Shown here: positions 27,362 through 32,000 of the stretch, piece after piece
Layout of the letters: the number at the start of each line of letters is the position of its first letter
Position numbering within the stretch: the stretch's first letter is position 1
Source of the DNA: Dickeya dadantii NCPPB 898
Lineage (GTDB): Bacteria > Pseudomonadota > Gammaproteobacteria > Enterobacterales > Enterobacteriaceae
DNA: 32,000 nucleotides
Reading direction: 5' to 3'
Assembly: GCF_000406145.1 (NCBI RefSeq)
Contig: NZ_CM001976.1
Coordinates: forward strand, 777,260-809,259
The notes under the pieces: model-generated
The model's input: only the letters and a program-made list of their open reading frames with translations
The model's database searches: none
Told to the model about the DNA's origin: nothing
Translations under genes and position numbers: made by a program

Positions 27362-28495
27362 ATGAAACAGGTACGAATCGGTTTGATCGGCACCGGCTAC
27401 ATCGGCCGTGCCCACGCCATCGCTTACGCGCAGGCGCCGGTGGTGTATGCGCTGAAAGGGCAACTGGTGTGCGAAATGCTGGCGGAAGTCTCGCCGGAGC
27501 TGGCGGCAAAGCGGGCGCAGGAACTGGGTTTCGCTCGTTCCACCGGCGACTGGCATCAACTGGTGGCCGACCCGGCCATCGACGTGGTGGATATCTGCGC
27601 GCCTAATTTTCTGCATCAGGAAATGGCGATGGAAGCAATTCGCCACGGCAAGCACGTCTATTCGGAAAAACCGCTGGCGCTCAACGCCGCCGAGGCGCGC
27701 GAGATGGTGGATGCCGCCCGTCGGGCCGGGGTGAAAACGCTGGTGGGGTTCAACTACATGAAGAACCCGGCGGCGCAACTGGCGAAAGAGATTATCGCGC
27801 GCGGCGAGATCGGCGACATCACCCATTTCTACGGCACCCACAACGAAGACTATCTGGCCGACCCGCTAAAACCGGCGGACTGGCACTGTTTTCGGCACAC
27901 CGCCGGGCTGGGCGCGTTGGGTGACGTGGGGGCGCACATCGTCAATATGGCGCACTACCTGGTGGGCGAGATTACCGAGGTATGCGGCGATCTGCAGACG
28001 GTGGTCACGCAGCGGCCGGTTAGCGCCGGTTCCGCCGAGCGGGTGACGGTGGAAAACGAGGATCAGGCGCATGCGATGGTGCGCTTCGCCGGCGGCGCGC
28101 GCGGGGTGATCGAAACTTCAAGGGTGGCGTGTGGGCGCAAAATGGGGCTGAGCTATGTCATCACCGGCACCCGCGGCGCCATCAGCTTTACTCAGGAGCG
28201 GATGGCGGAGCTGAAACTGTATCGGCATGACGACCCGGTTAACCGACAGGGGTTTCAGACCTTGCTGATCGGGCCGCAGCACCCGGAGTACGCCGCATTC
28301 TGCGCCAGCGCCGGGCACGGCGTCGGCTTTAACGATCAGAAAACCGTCGAGGTGCGCGACCTGATCGACGGCATCGCCGCCGACCAGCCGCTGTGGCCCG
28401 ATTTTGAAGAAGGCTGGCGCGTCTCCCGGGTGCTGGATGCCATCGTGCTGTCGCATCAGGCCGCGCGCTGGGTGGCGGTGCATGAGGCGGGATAA
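27362..28495 (+). CDS. Gfo/Idh/MocA-family oxidoreductase (second inositol-dehydrogenase-like enzyme)
   Basis: MKQVRIGLIGTGYIGRAHA (Rossmann), HVYSEKPLA, VGFNYM. 377 aa, embedded in the iol operon. Confidence 0.8.
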   Translation: MKQVRIGLIGTGYIGRAHAIAYAQAPVVYALKGQLVCEMLAEVSPELAAKRAQELGFARSTGDWHQLVADPAIDVVDICAPNFLHQEMAMEAIRHGKHVYSEKPLALNAAEAREMVDAARRAGVKTLVGFNYMKNPAAQLAKEIIARGEIGDITHFYGTHNEDYLADPLKPADWHCFRHTAGLGALGDVGAHIVNMAHYLVGEITEVCGDLQTVVTQRPVSAGSAERVTVENEDQAHAMVRFAGGARGVIETSRVACGRKMGLSYVITGTRGAISFTQERMAELKLYRHDDPVNRQGFQTLLIGPQHPEYAAFCASAGHGVGFNDQKTVEVRDLIDGIAADQPLWPDFEEGWRVSRVLDAIVLSHQAARWVAVHEAG

Positions 28496-28549
28496 CGGTC
28501 GTGCCGACGTGTTGTCGATTTCCTTTTTTGACTTGCAGGAATGGACGTT

Positions 28550-30514
28550 ATGAGTACGCAAAAGCAGTTTGACGTGATTTGTATGGGGCGAGTGGCGGTG
28601 GACCTGTACGGTCAACAGATCGGGTCGCGCCTGGAAGACATGGGCAGCTTCGCCAAATATCTGGGCGGTTCTTCCGGCAACGTGGCCTACGGCACCGCCC
28701 GGCAGGGGCTGCGCTCCTCCATGCTGGCGCGGGTGGGCGACGAGCACATGGGGCGCTTTCTGCGTGAAGAGTTGCAGCAGGTCGGCTGCGACACCAGCCA
28801 CTTGATCACCGACCCGACACGGCTGACCGCGCTGGTGCTGCTCGGCATCAAGGATCGGGAAACCTTTCCGCTGATCTTCTACCGCGATAACTGCGCCGAT
28901 ATGGCGATCACGCCGGAAGACGTCAGCGAGGATTACATCGCTTCGTCGCGCTGTCTGGCGATCACCGGCACCCATCTGTCGCATCCGAATACCCGCGAGG
29001 CGGTGCTGACCGCGCTGCGTTACGCCCGCCGCCACGGCGTGAAAACGGTGCTGGATATCGACTACCGGCCGGTGCTGTGGGGGCTGACCTCGCCGGGCGA
29101 CGGCGAAACCCGTTTCATCGAGTCCGCGGCGGTGACGGCGCAACTGCAACAGGTGCTGAACCTGTTCGATCTGATCGTCGGTACCGAAGAGGAATTTCAT
29201 ATCGCCGGTGGCAGCACCGACACCCTACAGGCGTTGCGTCAGGTGCGGGCGCATACCGCGGCGGAACTGGTGTGCAAGCGCGGCCCGCTCGGTTGTTCGG
29301 TGTTCACCGGCGACATTCCGGCGTCGCTGGATGAGGGCATTACCGTCAAAGGCGTGCGCGTCGAGGTGCTCAACGTGCTGGGGGCGGGCGATGCCTTCAT
29401 GTCCGGCCTGCTGCGCGGTTATTTGAGCGGCGAGGGTTGGGAAAAAGCCTGTGCCTACGCCAACGCCTGCGGCGCGCTGGTGGTGTCTCGCCACGGCTGT
29501 GCGCCGGCGATGCCGAGCCGCATCGAACTGGATAACTATCTGGCGCGCGCCCATGCGGTGCCGCGGCCGGATCTGGACCCGGAGCTGAACCATTTACATC
29601 GCGTCACCACCCGCCGTCAGCGCTGGGAAGAGCTGTGCGTGATTGCCTTTGATCATCGCATCCAACTGGAAGAAATGGCGCTGGCCTGCGGCGCCGAACG
29701 CAGCCGGATCCCGGCGCTCAAACAGTTGATTCTTCAGGCCAGCCAGCAGGCGGCGCAGCAAGCCGGGCTGCTGGGTGATGCCGGGTCGCCCGACAAAGCC
29801 GGATTAGCGGCCGGCAGAGCCGGATTAACGCCCGGCAAAGCCGGATTATTGTGCGACGGCACCTTCGGGCAGGGCGCGCTTAATACCATTACCGGGCAGG
29901 GCTGGTGGATCGGCCGCCCGATCGAACTGCCTGGCTCGCGCCCGCTGGCGCTGGAACACGGCAACATCGGTTCGCAACTGGTGAACTGGCCGCTGGAGCA
30001 CATCGTGAAGTGTCTGGTGTTTTTCCATCCGGAAGACGACAGCCCGTTGCGGCTGGCGCAGGAACGGCAGGTGACCGAGGTCTATCGCGCCTGCTGCCAG
30101 TCCGGCCATGAACTGCTGCTGGAGGTGATTCTCCCGGCCGATATGCCGCGCAGCGACGATCTGTATCTGCGGGCGATCCAGCGTTTCTACAATCTTGGCA
30201 TCCGACCGGACTGGTGGAAACTGCCGCCGTTGTCCGCCGACGGCTGGCAGCGGCTGGAACATCTGCTGGCCGAGCGCGATCCCTATTGTCGCGGCGTGGT
30301 GATCCTCGGGTTGGACGCGCCGATCGAGACATTACGGCAGGGGTTCAACGCCGCCGCCGGTCAATCGGTGGTGAAAGGGTTTGCGGTGGGGCGCACGCTG
30401 TTTGCGCAGCCGGCGCAGCAGTGGCTGCGCGGCGACATCAACGACGAACGGTTGATCGCCGACGTCAAAAATAACTACCTGCAACTGATCGCCCTGTGGC
30501 GTCAGCGCGGTTAA
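28550..30514 (+). CDS. iolC: Bifunctional 5-dehydro-2-deoxygluconokinase / 5-dehydro-2-deoxyphosphogluconate aldolase (PfkB kinase fused to a DUF2090-type aldolase)
   Basis: The N-terminal half is PfkB (FDVICMGRVAVDLY, GGSSGNVA, VLGAGDAFMSGLL). The C-terminal ~300 aa is the domain fused to IolC in proteobacteria. The start is ATG 28550 or 28541. Confidence 0.85.
   Translation: MSTQKQFDVICMGRVAVDLYGQQIGSRLEDMGSFAKYLGGSSGNVAYGTARQGLRSSMLARVGDEHMGRFLREELQQVGCDTSHLITDPTRLTALVLLGIKDRETFPLIFYRDNCADMAITPEDVSEDYIASSRCLAITGTHLSHPNTREAVLTALRYARRHGVKTVLDIDYRPVLWGLTSPGDGETRFIESAAVTAQLQQVLNLFDLIVGTEEEFHIAGGSTDTLQALRQVRAHTAAELVCKRGPLGCSVFTGDIPASLDEGITVKGVRVEVLNVLGAGDAFMSGLLRGYLSGEGWEKACAYANACGALVVSRHGCAPAMPSRIELDNYLARAHAVPRPDLDPELNHLHRVTTRRQRWEELCVIAFDHRIQLEEMALACGAERSRIPALKQLILQASQQAAQQAGLLGDAGSPDKAGLAAGRAGLTPGKAGLLCDGTFGQGALNTITGQGWWIGRPIELPGSRPLALEHGNIGSQLVNWPLEHIVKCLVFFHPEDDSPLRLAQERQVTEVYRACCQSGHELLLEVILPADMPRSDDLYLRAIQRFYNLGIRPDWWKLPPLSADGWQRLEHLLAERDPYCRGVVILGLDAPIETLRQGFNAAAGQSVVKGFAVGRTLFAQPAQQWLRGDINDERLIADVKNNYLQLIALWRQRG
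29795..29857 (+). repeat. In-frame 21-bp tandem repeat x3 in the iolC interdomain linker
   Basis: aaagccggattagcggccggc / agagccggattaacgcccggc / aaagccggattattgtgcgac encodes KAGLAAG-RAGLTPG-KAGLLCD. Units 1/2 match at 18/21 and units 1/3 at 16/21. Confidence 0.9.
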
Positions 30515-30540
30515 ATCCATTTAATGAGAGGGAATCGAGA

Positions 30541-31431
30541 ATGACTGTTCAACTGGGTATCAATCCGCTGACCTGGACCAATGACGACCTGCCCTCGCTG
30601 GGCGCGGAAACCCCGCTGGAAACCTGCCTGAGCGAAGGGCGTCAGGCCGGTTTCGCCGGGTTTGAACTGGGCAACAAGTTCCCGCGCCAGTCCGGCGTGC
30701 TGGGGCCGATTCTGAAAAAACACGGGCTGAGTCTGGTTTCCGGCTGGTATTCCGGCCAGTTGCTGACTCGTTCGGTCAAAGAGGAAATCGCCGCGGTGCA
30801 GGATCACCTCAATCTGTTGCGTGAGCTGGGCGCCACCGTGCTGGTGTTCGCCGAGGTCACCGGAGCCATTCACGGCGAGCAGGGCACGCCGGTGCATTTG
30901 CGCCCGCGTTTCCCGGCGGCGCGCTGGCAGGAGTATGGCGATAAGCTCAGCGAATTCGCCCGCTATACCGAGCAGCAGGGGGTGCAAATCGCCTATCACC
31001 ACCATATGGGCACGGTGATTGAAACCGCCGACGACGTAGACCAACTGATGACCCACACCGGGCCGGAAGTGGGCCTGCTGCTGGATACCGGTCATCTTAC
31101 CTTTGCCGGCGCCGACCCGCTGGCGGTGGCGCAGCGCTGGGCGCAACGCATCAACCATGTGCATTGCAAAGACATTCGCTCCGAGGTGCTGAAAGAGGTG
31201 AAGAACCGCAAGTCCAGCTTCCTTGATGCGGTGCTGAGCGGCGTGTTCACCGTGCCGGGCGACGGCTGCGTCGATTACCCGTCGCTGTTCCGGCTGCTTA
31301 AAACCCATGATTATCAGGGCTGGCTGGTGGTGGAAGCCGAACAGGACCCGGCGGTGGCGCATCCGCTGACTTATGCCACTATGGGGTTTAACAATCTGCA
31401 GCGGTTTGCCCGCGATGCGGGTCTGATCTAA
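30541..31431 (+). CDS. iolE: myo-Inosose-2 dehydratase
   Basis: LGINPLTWTNDDLPSLG, IAYHHHMGTVIET, LLLDTGHL, FTVPGDGCVDY and GWLVVEAEQDP are collinear with B. subtilis IolE. The start was moved to ATG 30541. Confidence 0.9.
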   Translation: MTVQLGINPLTWTNDDLPSLGAETPLETCLSEGRQAGFAGFELGNKFPRQSGVLGPILKKHGLSLVSGWYSGQLLTRSVKEEIAAVQDHLNLLRELGATVLVFAEVTGAIHGEQGTPVHLRPRFPAARWQEYGDKLSEFARYTEQQGVQIAYHHHMGTVIETADDVDQLMTHTGPEVGLLLDTGHLTFAGADPLAVAQRWAQRINHVHCKDIRSEVLKEVKNRKSSFLDAVLSGVFTVPGDGCVDYPSLFRLLKTHDYQGWLVVEAEQDPAVAHPLTYATMGFNNLQRFARDAGLI

Positions 31432-31455
31432 CTGTTGCAGGCAGGGAGGTGGGCG

Positions 31456-32000
31456 ATGTCTGAATTACTGTCCCGTTATCATGCGCCGGATGAGCAGGGC
31501 CGCATCCAGCAGATTACCCCGGCTCGCGCGGGCTGGCGTCATGTTGGGTTTGAGGTTTACCAGTTGTCGACCGGCGCGACGCTGGTGCTGCCGGCGGTGG
31601 CTGAGGAGCGCTGTCTGGTGTTGGTGGGCGGCCGGGCGACGGTGGCGACGCCGCAGGCGCGGTTTGAGCATATCGGCGATCGCATGAACCCGTTCGAGCG
31701 CAAGAAGCCCTGGGCGGTGTACGTTTCGCCGGGGGAAACGGTGACCATCACCGCCGATACGCCGCTGGAACTGGCGGTTTGCGCCGCGCCGGGGTGGAGC
31801 AACTATCCCACCCGGTTGATCGCCCCGCCGGACATCGGCGCGGAAGCGCGAGGCGTCGGGCGCAACCGGCGCTTCGTGCACAATATCCTGCCGGAGGACA
31901 AGGTGGCGGACAGCCTGCTGGTGGTGGAGGTCTACACCGACGAAGGTTGCACCAGTTCTTACCCCAGCCACAAGCACGACGTGGACAACCCGCCGCAGGA
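31456..32000 (+). CDS. iolB: 5-deoxy-glucuronate isomerase, N-terminal ~181 codons; continues beyond the right edge
   Basis: Own translation from ATG 31456: MSELLSRYHAPDEQGRIQQITPARAGWRHVGFEVYQL...RRFVHNILPEDKVADSLLVVEVYTDEGCTSSYPSHKHDVDNPPQ. Compare B. subtilis IolB ...VHNILPDS...SLLVVEVYTDSGNWSSYPPHKHDQDN. It is not in the ORF track because there is no stop in the window. Confidence 0.9.
   Translation, partial: MSELLSRYHAPDEQGRIQQITPARAGWRHVGFEVYQLSTGATLVLPAVAEERCLVLVGGRATVATPQARFEHIGDRMNPFERKKPWAVYVSPGETVTITADTPLELAVCAAPGWSNYPTRLIAPPDIGAEARGVGRNRRFVHNILPEDKVADSLLVVEVYTDEGCTSSYPSHKHDVDNPPQ

Overview
This is a GC-rich chromosomal segment of enterobacterial type. Synteny of ddlA, yafC-dkgB, dinI and sbmC suggests a Dickeya/Serratia/Brenneria-like organism, but that is inference only. 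All protein calls rest on my own reading of the translations and on recalled family motifs. No database search was run.

Left 13 kb:
- The end of a xyloside operon: a GPH symporter followed by a GH43 hydrolase that runs off the left edge.
- dinI with a LexA box.
- A VOC + YciI pair of small proteins, then ddlA.
- An AraC-linked operon of class-III aminotransferase, Fe-alcohol dehydrogenase and APC permease.
- A divergent MFS / LysR(yafC) pair, then dkgB.

Right 19 kb:
- A complete myo-inositol catabolic cluster: iolR | iolA iolD ... iolG, a sugar ABC transporter, a second Gfo/Idh/MocA dehydrogenase, a fused iolC kinase-aldolase, iolE, and iolB (runs off the right edge).
- The cluster is split between iolD and iolG by a ~4.4 kb AT-richer block on the opposite strand.
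- That block carries sbmC, a soluble PAS-PAS chemoreceptor, an orphan 249-aa ABC/SMC-type ATPase, small or decayed ORFs, and dense short repeat and dyad arrays.

I recognised no rRNA, tRNA, CRISPR, IS element or integrase.

The best candidate for something undescribed is the ATPase-centred AT-rich stretch (about 20.3-22.6 kb) with its small ORFs and repeat arrays. Secondary candidates:
- the amine -> aldehyde -> alcohol type operon at 5-10 kb;
- a recurrent TGAAAT(AAA) motif at the iol promoters, a possible IolR operator;
- in-frame 21-bp tandem repeats in two genes;
- a strongly SD-preceded 36-codon Cys-rich ORF upstream of dinI.

The many long ORFs antisense to real genes are artefacts of high GC.
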